DNA from: an uncultured Gammaproteobacteria bacterium
GTDB lineage: Bacteria > Pseudomonadota > Gammaproteobacteria > CAWCPV01
Assembly: GCA_963797555.1 (NCBI GenBank)
Contig: CAWCPV010000008.1
Span: 43,221 to 107,220 of the forward strand
Reading direction: 5' to 3'
DNA length: 64,000 nt
The position numbers were made by a program, and so were the translations under genes. Below the pieces are notes generated by a model that did no database searches, had not been told where the DNA came from, and was given only the letters and a program-made list of their open reading frames with translations. Positions 10,040-19,987 of the stretch are shown piece by piece (within the stretch, counting starts at the first letter, position 1; every line of letters begins with the position of its first letter).

Positions 10040-10530
10040 CCGGCTTCATGCGTATCCGCCATCACGGGCTGCTCGCCAACCGCTGCCGCGCCGAGCGCCT
10101 GGCACGCTGCCGGGCGCTGCTCGGCCAGCCGGCGCCTGAACGGCGCGAACCGGAGTCGGTGCAAGCAACCCTGCTGCGCCTCACCGGCATCGACATCCAG
10201 CGCGCCCCTATTGCCGGGGAGGGCGGCTGCAGCAGGTCGGGCTCGTGGCGCGGCTTACGGCTGCTGCCCCACTCCAAAGCCACCGAACCCCCACAGTTCT
10301 CATGGCGACGACCACTCCCACGGCCCCGTGTCGTCCTCGCCCACCCTTGACCCCTCGCGGCCACCTCTGCCATAGTACCATGCGGGGGACACCAGACCGA
10401 GACCGGAGAAGCGGTCCATGCACCACGTAGCCACCCGACCAGCCCGACTCGGAGCGGCCCGAGCGCCGCACCGCCCGCATACAATCCCCATCGCTCCGCG
10501 GGCTCAATCCAGCGGTTCAGTTCAACACAT
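10040..10530 (+). mobile_element. IS91-like (Y2) transposase 3' remnant with its element end
   Basis: GFMRIRHHGLLANRCRAERLARCRALLG...LLRLTGIDI, then AATCCCCAT...AGCGGTTCAGTTCAAC; related fragments at about 8220-8490 and 9715-9815. Confidence 0.7.
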
Positions 10531-10585
10531 TTTTGTCCATCATGCTGCCGCACGACGGACAAAATTCTATTCGTTAGAGGCCCCA

Positions 10586-11087
10586 ATGAAAAACCAGAAG
10601 CGCTGTCTCGACGTGCTGCGCGACGTCCTAGCCAGATTACCTGGCGAAGCTGCTGACGGAGGCTGAGAGAAGTCGTCGACATCTTGGACAAAGCGTCTCA
10701 TGTCACAAATCCGCGAGGCTGGCTCAAGGCTGGGGTTTGAAGTACGCCCATGTGCTAGTGCTAAACGCGGTTCCGGTTGGCTCTATGACATGGTGTGGCT
10801 TGTCCGAAGAAACGATCAACTTCTGGCGTCTTTCCTTGTCCTTGAGTCCGAGTGGGAGCCCACACTCGGGAAGATTCTTGATGACTTTGAAAAACTCTTG
10901 CTGGTGCGCGCCGTAGTTCGTGTGATGGTCTTCAACCATCGGAAAGCCTCTCAAGTGCTGGACACGTTCGTAGAGATGGAAAAACGTATCCGAGCTTACT
11001 CAATGGGCCAAACCAATGACTTATACTTTTTAGCCAGCCTTGGCCTGGGACACCGGCGCGTTCGAGTATCGTGAAGTTCGCCTCTAA
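10586..11087 (+). pseudogene. Gene cassette, possible PD-(D/E)XK nuclease-like protein with an internal stop
   Basis: Bounded by complementary GTTAGAG (10573) and CTCTAAC (11082); in-frame TGA at 10664; WLYDMVW..LVLESEW..DDFEKLL. Confidence 0.6.
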
Positions 11088-11168
11088 CTCAGGCCGGTGC
11101 GGACGCGCCATCAGCGCCGTGCCACTACTCGCCACTGTGCGGGCCCGCCGCACAGCGAGACATTAGGG
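11082..11168 (+). other. attC-like site
   Basis: R'' CTCTAAC, GTGCGG/CCGCAC inner repeat, degenerate R' ATTAGGG. Confidence 0.6.
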
Positions 11169-11189
11169 GCAGAGGAGCGCGGCATTTCT

Positions 11190-11705
11190 GTGCGCTATCA
11201 AGGCCGAATCACAGACTGGAAGGATGATCGGGGCTTTGGCTTCATCACCCCAAATGGCGGAGGTGCGCGCGTCTTTGTGCATATCAGCGCCTTCGGAAAA
11301 GGGCAGCAACGCCCCACCGGAGATGAACTGGTCACGTATGAGCTTGTGAATGACGATGAGAGGAACCTTCGTGCTCAGAACGTCGCCTACCTCAGAGTGC
11401 GCCAAGCTCGTCCACGTGCAAGGCGGCGTCGGAACTCCATGCCGATAATTGCAGCGCTTGTTGTAGCAGTTGCCGGTATTTATGGTTGGCAGCATTTCTT
11501 TTCGTATGGCGTTGGAACTCTACCTCGCACCAAGTCCGCCCTTGAACTTGGGGGCACAACCAAATTTCAATGCCGCGGGAAGCGACACTGCTTCGAGATG
11601 ACCTCGTGCGAGGAAGCGACTTTCTATCTTAGGAACTGCCCAGGCGTGGAGATTGACGGCGACGGCGATGGAATTCCCTGTGAATCTCAGTGGTGTGGCG
11701 GTTGA
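11190..11705 (+). CDS. Cold-shock domain / TM / excalibur Ca-binding domain cassette protein
   Basis: QGRITDWKDDRGFGFI..VFVHISAF (CSD RNP1/RNP2); C-terminal CFEMTSCEEA...CPGVEIDGDGDGIPCE. Confidence 0.88.
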   Translation: MRYQGRITDWKDDRGFGFITPNGGGARVFVHISAFGKGQQRPTGDELVTYELVNDDERNLRAQNVAYLRVRQARPRARRRRNSMPIIAALVVAVAGIYGWQHFFSYGVGTLPRTKSALELGGTTKFQCRGKRHCFEMTSCEEATFYLRNCPGVEIDGDGDGIPCESQWCGG

Positions 11706-11774
11706 GCGTAACCCTTCCATCGAGCCTACAGCCACTGGCAAGCCGGTGCCTTGGGTTCATGTCAAGCGTTGGGC
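11706..11774 (+). other. attC site (69 bp)
   Basis: GCGTAAC-CCTTCCATCGAGC ... GGTTCATGTCAAGC-GTTGGGC, canonical R''/L''/L'/R' layout. Confidence 0.8.
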
Positions 11775-11810
11775 GTCAGAATCAGCGGTCTCTCATAGCG
11801 TGAGGCTGAA

Positions 11811-12158
11811 ATGAGAAGAGCAGAACGAGCGCAGCAGCTTTGGAGCTTATTGGCCCTCGCGGCGACGAGTCGCCAGATCCTGACCTACGATATTGTTGCT
11901 AGGCTCACTGGCGCCTTGCGGCCTGGGATCGGCGATCTGCTTCGGCCCATTCAGCAGTACTGCACAGAGAACGACCTTCCTCCTCTTACTTCTCTCGTCG
12001 TAAGCGAACAGACCGGTCTTCCTGGCGAAGGGTTCATTGCCGCGGCGGACGTTCCAGCGACACAAGTAAAGGTTTTCCAGCATCCGTGGCTTGACGTTAC
12101 CGCTCCGAGTGCAGAGCAGTTTGAATCGGTCTATGCGCGTGCACCCGATCGACGCTGA
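11811..12158 (+). CDS. Hypothetical cassette protein
   Basis: Intact ORF bounded by complementary GTTGGGC (11768) and GCCCAAC (12160). Confidence 0.8.
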   Translation: MRRAERAQQLWSLLALAATSRQILTYDIVARLTGALRPGIGDLLRPIQQYCTENDLPPLTSLVVSEQTGLPGEGFIAAADVPATQVKVFQHPWLDVTAPSAEQFESVYARAPDRR

Positions 12159-12159
12159 C

Positions 12160-12258
12160 GCCCAACCCGTTCAACCGGAGCACCCAACAGCGGCGCCGTT
12201 GGGTACCCGTCGCCCCACGCGCGTCGGCGCCCGCCCTGGGTGACGCGGGGCGTTCAAA
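12160..12258 (+). other. attC-like site
   Basis: R'' GCCCAAC, internal CCCAAC/GTTGGG hairpin, GTTCAAA at the right end. Confidence 0.6.
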
Positions 12259-12303
12259 GAGCATTGAATTGCTCTTCTTGACTCTTATTTCTTGGAGGTT
12301 GAA

Positions 12304-13440
12304 ATGCTGAGCCCTAATGCAGTTGTCTCCAACGTCATACGTTTCGAGCCGCCGCTCGATAGGGCGCCCGCCGAGCTGCTGCGTGCGGAACCGGGTCTGT
12401 TTGTGGAACTGCAGGACGGGCGTCGTGCACGCCTGGACCCCGCCGATCCTCACTCGGTCGGCTTCGTACAGATCTTGGACGGGCTGAGCAAGCTGCGGCT
12501 GCCGGTCTACCTGGAGATCGACCCGGCGACCTCGGTAATCACCCGACTACTCATCCCGCACCTGAGCCGCGTCGTCGGCGTGCGTCCGATCGACGAGGGT
12601 GCGCTCGGGGTAGAGCTGGAGCTTTCGCAGGGGCGTCACGTACTGCGGCGTGGCCAGCCGGACTTCGAGGAGTTGGACAGACTGCTGCGCGAGGCGGTGG
12701 CGAACCGCCGACCGGTTATCCTCACCGAGGACGACGAGCACAATATCATCGACGTTCGTTTTTTTGAGCCGGGCCCGGGTGTGCCGCTTCCGCCATTTCC
12801 GCCGGAGGTCCCGCCGCTCGAAGAGTGGCCGCCGCGCTGGATCAGGGATTTGCTGGAGCGGATATGGCGCTGGAAGTGGTGGCCCTGGTGGTGGTTCCGT
12901 TGCATATCGATGACAAGGGCACAGCAGGTCTTCGACGCGATGAAGGCCACCAGTTGCGATCCGCTCACGGTCCCGCCGCCGTGCATTCCCTTTCTCTATC
13001 CCGATGATGGTTGCTGGGCGCGAGCCCACGAGATGTGCCGACTGATGATCAACCTGGGGCTGTCACCGAACAAGGTCTGGATTCGAGCGAGCCCAGGATA
13101 CTGGCTGCATGTGAACACGAGGAACAACCCCGCATGCTACGTCGACTGGGGGTGGCACGTGGCGCCCACGTTGTGCGTGCGCGGGCCGGGTTTCTTTCGA
13201 ACGCAAAGCATGGTGATCGATCCATCGCTGTTCACTACACCGGTGTCCAAGGCGACGTGGAAAGGTGTACAGGGGGACCCCAACGCAACGCTCACGGACA
13301 GTGACGCTTCTCAGTATTGGCCGAGCGGCGGGACCGATCCGACATATTCAGATACGAATATCCGCCTCGCCTACTATCGACTGCAACTGCAGAACCGGGC
13401 AATACAGCACGGGCCGCCGCCCTATGCAGCCTGCCCGTAG
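12304..13440 (+). CDS. Protein-glutamine glutaminase (protein glutaminase) family protein
   Basis: RBS GGAGG; FLYPDDGCWARAHEM, WGWHVAP and VIDPSLF match the Cys-His-Asp motifs of Chryseobacterium protein glutaminase. Confidence 0.8.
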   Translation: MLSPNAVVSNVIRFEPPLDRAPAELLRAEPGLFVELQDGRRARLDPADPHSVGFVQILDGLSKLRLPVYLEIDPATSVITRLLIPHLSRVVGVRPIDEGALGVELELSQGRHVLRRGQPDFEELDRLLREAVANRRPVILTEDDEHNIIDVRFFEPGPGVPLPPFPPEVPPLEEWPPRWIRDLLERIWRWKWWPWWWFRCISMTRAQQVFDAMKATSCDPLTVPPPCIPFLYPDDGCWARAHEMCRLMINLGLSPNKVWIRASPGYWLHVNTRNNPACYVDWGWHVAPTLCVRGPGFFRTQSMVIDPSLFTTPVSKATWKGVQGDPNATLTDSDASQYWPSGGTDPTYSDTNIRLAYYRLQLQNRAIQHGPPPYAACP

Positions 13441-13483
13441 AGAAAGGGGCCAGGCGCGACTGCTAACGACGCCTCGACCAGCC

Positions 13484-14098
13484 CTAAGCGGGGAGCCTCT
13501 CCAGGAACTGTCGCAGCCCCGCCTTGGCCGCGCCGACCCAGGGTGCGCCGTGAGCGAACAGCAGGTGGTCGAAATCCCGCTCCAGGTGGCGAAAGAATAC
13601 CGCTCGCAGACCGCGCTTGACCCCCTCAGGGTCTTCGCCCATCAACTGGTCGGGGACAAAACCCAAGGCCCCGCCTCGGCGTACGATGGCGTCTCCGATG
13701 GCCAGGATCCCGCCGTGCTCGGGGACGTACAGTGCGGTCTCCTCGGGGCAGAGCACGCCCACCTCGAGGGCTTCGACGCCCCCCGGCAGTTGCTGACCGT
13801 GCTCGAAAGGCTCCACCTGCTCCCCGCGCGTGAACTCGTGTAGTCCTGCACGGTGGCACCACACCCGCGCCCCGAAGGCTCTGGCGAATTGGCCGCTGTG
13901 CCGATAGTGGTGCCGGTTGGTGAGATAGATGTGGGCGGGCGTCTTGCCGCCCGTGAACCATTCAAGTCCCTCGTCGGGGACTCGGGGGTCGATCAGGACC
14001 GCGGGGTCGGTGACGGCGACGAGGTAGGAATGTACGTCTTCCTTGATGCCTTCGTGGAACGTGCTCCAGTGGTATACGCCGGGCAAGATCTCGCGCAT
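13484..14098 (-). CDS. Metallo-beta-lactamase-fold protein
   Basis: AVLIDP, LTNRHHYRH, IGDAI, LLFAHG. Confidence 0.75.
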   Translation of the reverse strand: MREILPGVYHWSTFHEGIKEDVHSYLVAVTDPAVLIDPRVPDEGLEWFTGGKTPAHIYLTNRHHYRHSGQFARAFGARVWCHRAGLHEFTRGEQVEPFEHGQQLPGGVEALEVGVLCPEETALYVPEHGGILAIGDAIVRRGGALGFVPDQLMGEDPEGVKRGLRAVFFRHLERDFDHLLFAHGAPWVGAAKAGLRQFLERLPA

Positions 14099-14260
14099 CG
14101 GTCAGCTCCTGGGTGCATGGGTGCGGGTGCTCGTCGATTTACATTAGACCATGGGTGCCGTGCCAGTGCGGCGATAGAGGCCCCGCCTGCATATCTTCGA
14201 GAGTGGGGCGGGGACAGCGGCCCGTGGAGGCCGGGCACCGTGAGGCAGGCATGGACCCGT

Positions 14261-14292
14261 TATTGACAATCACTCTCAGTTACGCATACCCT
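14261..14292 (+). promoter_or_regulatory. Promoter with an overlapping Fur-box-like site upstream of bfd-bfr
   Basis: TTGACAATCACTCTCAGTTA; iron-storage operon immediately downstream. Confidence 0.5.
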
Positions 14293-14325
14293 TCAGGGTA
14301 CCTGTCCTGAACTCGGTGCCATCTC

Positions 14326-14523
14326 ATGTACGTGTGTCTCTGTAACGGTGTGAGCGATCGTCAAATCCGCGAAGCCGTTCTGCAGGGTGCTCGCACGATG
14401 CGCGACCTGCGGCGCAATCTGGGGGTTGCCACTGCATGTGGGCGTTGCGGACCCTGTGCCCTCGAGGTTCTCAGGGGGGCATGCGAAGACAGCCGGGACG
14501 CGCTTCGATTGCAGCCGGCGTGA
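14326..14523 (+). CDS. bfd: Bacterioferritin-associated ferredoxin
   Basis: MYVCLCNGVSD...CGRC; upstream of bfr. Confidence 0.92.
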   Translation: MYVCLCNGVSDRQIREAVLQGARTMRDLRRNLGVATACGRCGPCALEVLRGACEDSRDALRLQPA

Positions 14524-14574
14524 CACCCGGCGTAGAGTGGCGTCCTCATCGAGCCGCCAGATAGGGAGACGAGC

Positions 14575-15039
14575 GTGAAAGGGGATCCGACGGTCGTTCA
14601 GCACCTCAACAAAGTCTTGCGCAACGAGCTGACAGCCATAGCGCAGTATTTCCTGCACGCTCGCATGCTTAAGAATTGGGGTCTCCACAAGCTGGGCGAG
14701 CACGAGTACCACGAGTCAGTGGACGAGATGAAGCACGCGGATCGACTGATTGAACGCATCCTGTTCCTGGAGGGGCTGCCCAACCTCCAGGACCTGCAGA
14801 AGCTGCTCATCGGGGAGAACGTGCCGGAGATGCTGCGATGCGACCTGCGGCTCGAGAACGAGGCCATGCCTGACCTCAAGGACGGCATCGCCTATTGCGA
14901 GTCTTGCGGCGACTACGTCTCTCGGGAGCTATTGGAGGCGATCCTGGGGGGTGAGGAAGAGCACATCGACTGGCTCGAGACGCAAATCGGTCTGATCGAC
15001 AAGATGGGACTCCAGAATTACCTGCAGTCCCAGATCTGA
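14575..15039 (+). CDS. bfr: Bacterioferritin
   Basis: [53 protein letters not shown]. Confidence 0.97.
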   Translation: MKGDPTVVQHLNKVLRNELTAIAQYFLHARMLKNWGLHKLGEHEYHESVDEMKHADRLIERILFLEGLPNLQDLQKLLIGENVPEMLRCDLRLENEAMPDLKDGIAYCESCGDYVSRELLEAILGGEEEHIDWLETQIGLIDKMGLQNYLQSQI

Positions 15040-15399
15040 ACCTTCCCCCTTCTGGGCTCCAGCCGTTCGAGCCTCTCTCGCCGTTCGCGGCGGCGCCGGG
15101 AGCCATGCGGGCTTCCCTTCGACCAGACTGGGGCCGCCCCCCACGCTGAAGTCTTGCGGCACCCTTCACGAAGCCCCACCCGCGTGAGAGAGACCTGAAT
15201 GTCAGCGCCGGCGGCCCGAGGGAGGGACCGGCCCCGGTCGGGCATCCGAGAGCGGCCCTAGCGCACGCGGGCCGCCTCCGCGCACGTATACGCGGCGTTA
15301 ATGTGCCTTCTCTCGGGGTCTGGTACAATGGCGCGCCATATGCCGCGCTGCCCGGTGGTGGCCGACTCGCTGCGCCCGCTGATCTGACCGACTCCCGCG

Positions 15400-16620
15400 A
15401 TGCCCGAGATCAGGAAGGTTGTACTCGCTTACTCTGGGGGACTCGACACCTCGGTGATTCTCGAGTGGCTGCGAGAGACCTACGGCTGTGAGGTGGTGAC
15501 TTTCACTGCAGACATCGGGCAAGGCGAGGAGCTGGCCGCTGCCCGGGCGAAAGCGCAAGCGCTGGGCGTACGAGAGATTCACGTCGAGGATCTGCGGGAG
15601 GAATTCGCTGGGGATTTCGTCTTCCCGATGTTCCGCGCCAACGCCGTGTATGAGGGCGAGTACCTGCTCGGGACCTCCATTGCACGACCGCTGATCGCCA
15701 AGCGTCAGGCCGAGATTGCTCGGGACACGGCCGCTGACGCCGTCGCCCACGGGGCGACCGGCAAGGGAAATGACCAGGTGCGGTTCGAGCTGGGTTACTA
15801 CGCTTTCCACCCTGGTATCCGCGTCATCGCCCCATGGCGGGAGTGGAATCTCACCTCCAGGGAGAGGCTGCTGGCTTATGCAGAAAGTCGCGGTATCCCG
15901 GTGGAGCGCAAGCCCGGGGGAGGTTCGCCGTACTCGACGGATGCCAACCTGCTGCACATCTCGTACGAGGGGGGTGTGCTCGAGGATCCCTGGGCCGAGC
16001 CGGAGGAGTCCATGTGGCGTTGGAGCGTGGCGCCGGAGAAGGCCCCCGACAGGCCGCGCTACGTGGAGCTGGCCTATGAGCGGGGCGATGTGGCGGCCGT
16101 CGACGGCAAGCGCATGTCCCCCGCGGGGGTGCTTCAGGCCCTCAATACCCTGGGCGCCGAAAACGGGGTCGGACGCCTCGACCTCCTGGAGAACCGCTAC
16201 GTCGGCATGAAGTCCCGCGGCTGCTATGAGACTCCGGGCGGTACGATCCTGCTGAAGGCGCATCGTGCCATAGAGTCGATCACCCTGGACCGCGAGGTGG
16301 CGCACCTCAAGGACGATCTCATGCCGCGCTACGCCGCACTCATCTATAACGGGTACTGGTGGAGCCCGGAACGACGCATTCTGCAGGGCCTGATCGACGC
16401 TACCCAGGCTGTGGTGAACGGGTCCGTGCGCATCAAGCTGTACAAGGGCAACGTCATGGTGGTGGGACGGTCTTCCTCCACGGACAGTCTGTTCGATCCC
16501 GCCCTGGCCACCTTCGAGGAGGACGCAGGGGCTTACCAGCAGCGCGACGCAGAAGGGTTTATCAAGCTCAATGCCTTGCGGCTGCGACTCGCGGCTCGGC
16601 GGTCCACGCTCGACGAGTAG
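15400..16620 (+). CDS. argG: Argininosuccinate synthase
   Basis: [36 protein letters not shown]. Confidence 0.98.
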   Translation: MPEIRKVVLAYSGGLDTSVILEWLRETYGCEVVTFTADIGQGEELAAARAKAQALGVREIHVEDLREEFAGDFVFPMFRANAVYEGEYLLGTSIARPLIAKRQAEIARDTAADAVAHGATGKGNDQVRFELGYYAFHPGIRVIAPWREWNLTSRERLLAYAESRGIPVERKPGGGSPYSTDANLLHISYEGGVLEDPWAEPEESMWRWSVAPEKAPDRPRYVELAYERGDVAAVDGKRMSPAGVLQALNTLGAENGVGRLDLLENRYVGMKSRGCYETPGGTILLKAHRAIESITLDREVAHLKDDLMPRYAALIYNGYWWSPERRILQGLIDATQAVVNGSVRIKLYKGNVMVVGRSSSTDSLFDPALATFEEDAGAYQQRDAEGFIKLNALRLRLAARRSTLDE

Positions 16621-16770
16621 GATTCTTGGAGCGCGCGGAGCAACTGTTGCGCCAGATGCTGGAAAGGCAGAGCCCCTCGGCAGCGGCGGGCCGCGCGCGG
16701 TCGCACGGGCGGGGGCGCTGAGAGCTTGTGGACAAGCCCGCTGCGTATCCCGATAGCGGCGTTGCGCGGT

Positions 16771-16920
16771 GGTCACGGCGTACCTCCCTGTACGCCACCC
16801 CTGCGGGGCGTCCCGCGGACGTGCCGAATGGTCGTCCTGCCATTCGGTCATGGCGTACTTCCCTGTACGCCACCCGTTTGGGACGTTCTGCGGACGTTCC
16901 GAATGGCTGTCCTGCCAGCC
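16771..16920. repeat. Two tandem 75-bp palindrome-rich repeats
   Basis: Units 16771-16845 and 16846-16920, each with a GGCGTAC-N6-GTACGCC hairpin. Confidence 0.85.
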
Positions 16921-17038
16921 GGTCGCTCCTCGCCTATCTACATGGATATGTCTCGTCGCTGCGCCCCGCGCTCGGGCCGCCCCGGCAGGAAGGCTCAGCG
17001 GAAACGCCCGAGACGAAGGGGCAAGGTGGGCGCTGGCC

Positions 17039-17779
17039 ATGATCTGGACAGCCCGGCGGGCTCCGCTGGTCAAACGCCGCATCGGTAAGGCGCGCGCGCT
17101 GCTGAGGAGGTCGGTCGTGAGGGTGCTGGCAACGGACAACCTGCGTTCTCCGCCGCTGGCGCCCACCGTAGAGGACCTGCTTCTCCCGACAAAACCCGTC
17201 TGGGGTCGAGGCCGCAGTCCCGTGCGGCGCTCTGGACGGGCACTGTTTGCCCGTGAGCTTTTCACCAACCCGCGGGCCGTTGGTGCCGCGTGCCCCAGCT
17301 CCCGTTGGCTCGCGAGCAGCATGGTGCGCTGGGTGCCAAGGCGGCTGGAGGGCAGAGTCGTCGAGCTGGGCGGCGGTACTGGGGTGGTCACCGCGGCGCT
17401 GCTGCGGCGCGGTGTCGCAGCCGAGCAGCTCGTGGTCCTGGAGCGTTCGCGAACGCTAGCCGCTCATCTGCGGCGCCGTTTCCCCCAACTCCAGGTGATC
17501 CGCGGCGACGCCGCCTTCCTCAGCGATCTGCTTCCGGCCGATGGTGTGAAGGTGTGCGCGGTGGTCTCGAGCCTCCCGCTGCGCTCCCTGCCGAGGGAGA
17601 CCGTGCGCCAGATCATGCTGCAGCTCGAGTGCATCCTCGCCCCTGGCGCCCTGTTCATTCAATATACCTATGCGTTGCGCTCCGCGTGCAGTCAGTTCCC
17701 CGATCGTTTCCGCCAGACCGCCTCGAAGATAGTGTGGCGTAACTTGCCACCGGCGCGCGTGGACGTGTATCGCGTCTGA
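17039..17779 (+). CDS. Phospholipid N-methyltransferase (PmtA-like SAM-dependent methyltransferase)
   Basis: NPRAVGAACPSS, VVELGGGTGVVT, VVSSLPL, FIQYTY, VWRNLPPARV; start uncertain. Confidence 0.8.
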   Translation: MIWTARRAPLVKRRIGKARALLRRSVVRVLATDNLRSPPLAPTVEDLLLPTKPVWGRGRSPVRRSGRALFARELFTNPRAVGAACPSSRWLASSMVRWVPRRLEGRVVELGGGTGVVTAALLRRGVAAEQLVVLERSRTLAAHLRRRFPQLQVIRGDAAFLSDLLPADGVKVCAVVSSLPLRSLPRETVRQIMLQLECILAPGALFIQYTYALRSACSQFPDRFRQTASKIVWRNLPPARVDVYRV

Positions 17780-17784
17780 ACGCT

Positions 17785-18870
17785 ATGCGTCGAAAGGGGT
17801 ATTTCAATCGGCGCTATTCGCCGCCCGGGGCGGAGCCCGGTACCCTGGTACCGCACCCCGCAGCGGCGACCGGGCCGCCGCGGCTCACGGTGATCGACTA
17901 CGACGAGCACCAATTCGAGGAGCACGACTGCGAGTCCGTTGCGGAGGCCATGTACTATTTCAGTCGGCCCACGGTGACGTGGCTGCACGTCCACGGGGTG
18001 GCGGACGCTTCGCAGATGCGCCACATCGGACGGATCCTCGGTCTGCACAGCCTCGCCCTGGAGGACGTGCTCAATACCGGCCAGCGCCCCAAGGCGGAGC
18101 GCTACGAGGACGAGTACTTCGTGATACTGGGACTGCCCTGCTGGGAGGGCGGGCTGATGCTGGTGGAGCAGGTCAGCCTATTCCTCGGCGAGAACTACGT
18201 TCTGAGCTTTCATCAGGGCCGTAACGACCCCTTCTCGCCGGTGCGCGAGCGGCTACGCAGCCATACCGGACGGTTCCGTGCCCGGGGCGGAGCCGACTAT
18301 CTGTTCTATGCCCTGGTGGACACCATCGTGGACCAGGGCTTCCCCACCCTGGAGACCGTGGGCGATCAGGTCGAGGCCGTGGAGACCGAGCTGCTGGAGG
18401 CGCCTACCCAGTCGATTGTCGAGCGCATTCACGGGCTTAAGCGAGAGCTGCTGCTACTGCGGCGCTTCATGTGGCCGCAACGGGAAGTGGTCAGTATCCT
18501 GACCCGCGACGAGCATCCGCTGATCAGCAACGACACGCGCCTGTTCCTGCGCGATTGCTACGACCACGCGGTGCAGGTGCTCGACATGCTCGAGACCTAT
18601 CGCGAGATGGCGGCGAGCATGATGGATGTCTACCTGTCCAGCCTGAACTACCGCCTGAATGACGTCATGCGGCTGCTCACCGTGATCGCCACGGTATTTA
18701 TCCCGCTGACGTTCATCACCGGAATCTTCGGCATGAACTTCGATCGCAGCGTGAGCCCGTGGAACATGCCGGAGCTCGGCTGGCAATACGGGTATCCCGC
18801 GTTCTGGCTGCTGATTCTGGCGGTGGGCGGTGGCCTGCTGCTTTACTTCAAACGCAAGAACTGGCTATAG
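17785..18870 (+). CDS. corA: Mg/Co transporter CorA
   Basis: GMN motif (GIFGMNF) and MPEL in the C-terminal TM region. Confidence 0.95.
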   Translation: MRRKGYFNRRYSPPGAEPGTLVPHPAAATGPPRLTVIDYDEHQFEEHDCESVAEAMYYFSRPTVTWLHVHGVADASQMRHIGRILGLHSLALEDVLNTGQRPKAERYEDEYFVILGLPCWEGGLMLVEQVSLFLGENYVLSFHQGRNDPFSPVRERLRSHTGRFRARGGADYLFYALVDTIVDQGFPTLETVGDQVEAVETELLEAPTQSIVERIHGLKRELLLLRRFMWPQREVVSILTRDEHPLISNDTRLFLRDCYDHAVQVLDMLETYREMAASMMDVYLSSLNYRLNDVMRLLTVIATVFIPLTFITGIFGMNFDRSVSPWNMPELGWQYGYPAFWLLILAVGGGLLLYFKRKNWL

Positions 18871-18881
18871 GGCTGTCGGGG

Positions 18882-19880
18882 TCAGCCGCCCGTCGCCGAC
18901 ATGAAGCGCACGACCTTGTGCGGTGCCTCTCGGAACTCGTGGCGTTCGGGCTTGAGCGCGATGGCGTCGCGTACCGCCGCCTCCAGTGCGGCCTCGTCGG
19001 CCCCGGCACGCAGCAAGGGCCGGAACTGGTAACGGTTTTCCTGGCCAAGACATAGGTACAGGGTACCGTCCACCGCCAACCGAACGCGGTTGCACGTGGC
19101 GCAAAAGTGCTGCGAGATGGGGGTAATGAACCCGACGGAGAACGAGCGGTCGGGGGTCTGCAGATAGCGGGCCGGACCACCGCCCGGCAGCACACCATCC
19201 ACCAGACCGAAACGACTGCGCAGCCTCTCTTTGACCGCCTGCAACCCCAGGTGGCTGGCGGCTCTGCCCGTCTCCCCCATGGGCATGGTCTCGATGAAGC
19301 GGAGCACGAACCGGTGCTCCATGCAGAACGCGAGCACATCGTCCACTTCGTCGTCGTTCACGCCTTGCTGGACGACCGTGTTGACCTTCACCAGGTTGAA
19401 CCCGGCCGCTTTGGCCGCCATCAGTCCCTCCAGGATGGCGCCGAGGCAGTCCCGGCCGGTGATCGCGCGGATGCGCTCCGCCCGCAAGGAGTCCAGACTC
19501 ACGTTCACCCGGGAGACGCCGGCCGCGCGGAGAGCGCAGGCATGACGGGCGAGCTGGGTGGCGTTCGTGCTGAGGGATAGATCCTCTATCCCGCTCAGCG
19601 CCGCCAGGCGCGCCGCCAGATCAGTGAGATTGCGGCGCAGCAGAGGTTCACCGCCGGTTAGCCGGATGCGCCTTACACCGAGCCGCGCGAACGCTGCGAC
19701 CAAGCGCTCGATCTCGCCGAAGGTCAGCCAATGGTCGGGCTCCTCGAATCCTTTGAACCCTTTCGGCAGACAGTAGGTACAGCGGAGGTCGCAGCGGTCC
19801 GTGACGGAGAGTCGGAGATAGACGATGCGGCGACCGAACGGGTCGATGAGGCTATTCGCGATAGTGCTGCACTGCGTCAT
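18882..19880 (-). CDS. moaA: GTP 3',8-cyclase
   Basis: YLRLSVTDRCDLRCTYC, FCATCNRVRL, C-terminal GG. Confidence 0.97.
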   Translation of the reverse strand: MTQCSTIANSLIDPFGRRIVYLRLSVTDRCDLRCTYCLPKGFKGFEEPDHWLTFGEIERLVAAFARLGVRRIRLTGGEPLLRRNLTDLAARLAALSGIEDLSLSTNATQLARHACALRAAGVSRVNVSLDSLRAERIRAITGRDCLGAILEGLMAAKAAGFNLVKVNTVVQQGVNDDEVDDVLAFCMEHRFVLRFIETMPMGETGRAASHLGLQAVKERLRSRFGLVDGVLPGGGPARYLQTPDRSFSVGFITPISQHFCATCNRVRLAVDGTLYLCLGQENRYQFRPLLRAGADEAALEAAVRDAIALKPERHEFREAPHKVVRFMSATGG

Positions 19881-19987
19881 CGTCGTCGCTCCGCTCCGCC
19901 GGCGACCCTCTTGCGTAGATGTTTAGCACCCCGAACCCCTAAGCGCAAGAGTTCCGGCGCGTGCGTGAGTGCGAACAAATCGCCGGC

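Noticed and set aside
10664-10666. In-frame TGA as selenocysteine
   Set aside because: No redox motif; a TGG>TGA nonsense change in a decaying cassette is more likely
15298-17391. 697-aa minus-strand ORF and similar long ORFs (21212-22483, 44693-45916, 46630-47997)
   Set aside because: Antisense shadows of real genes in high-GC DNA, with no recognisable motifs
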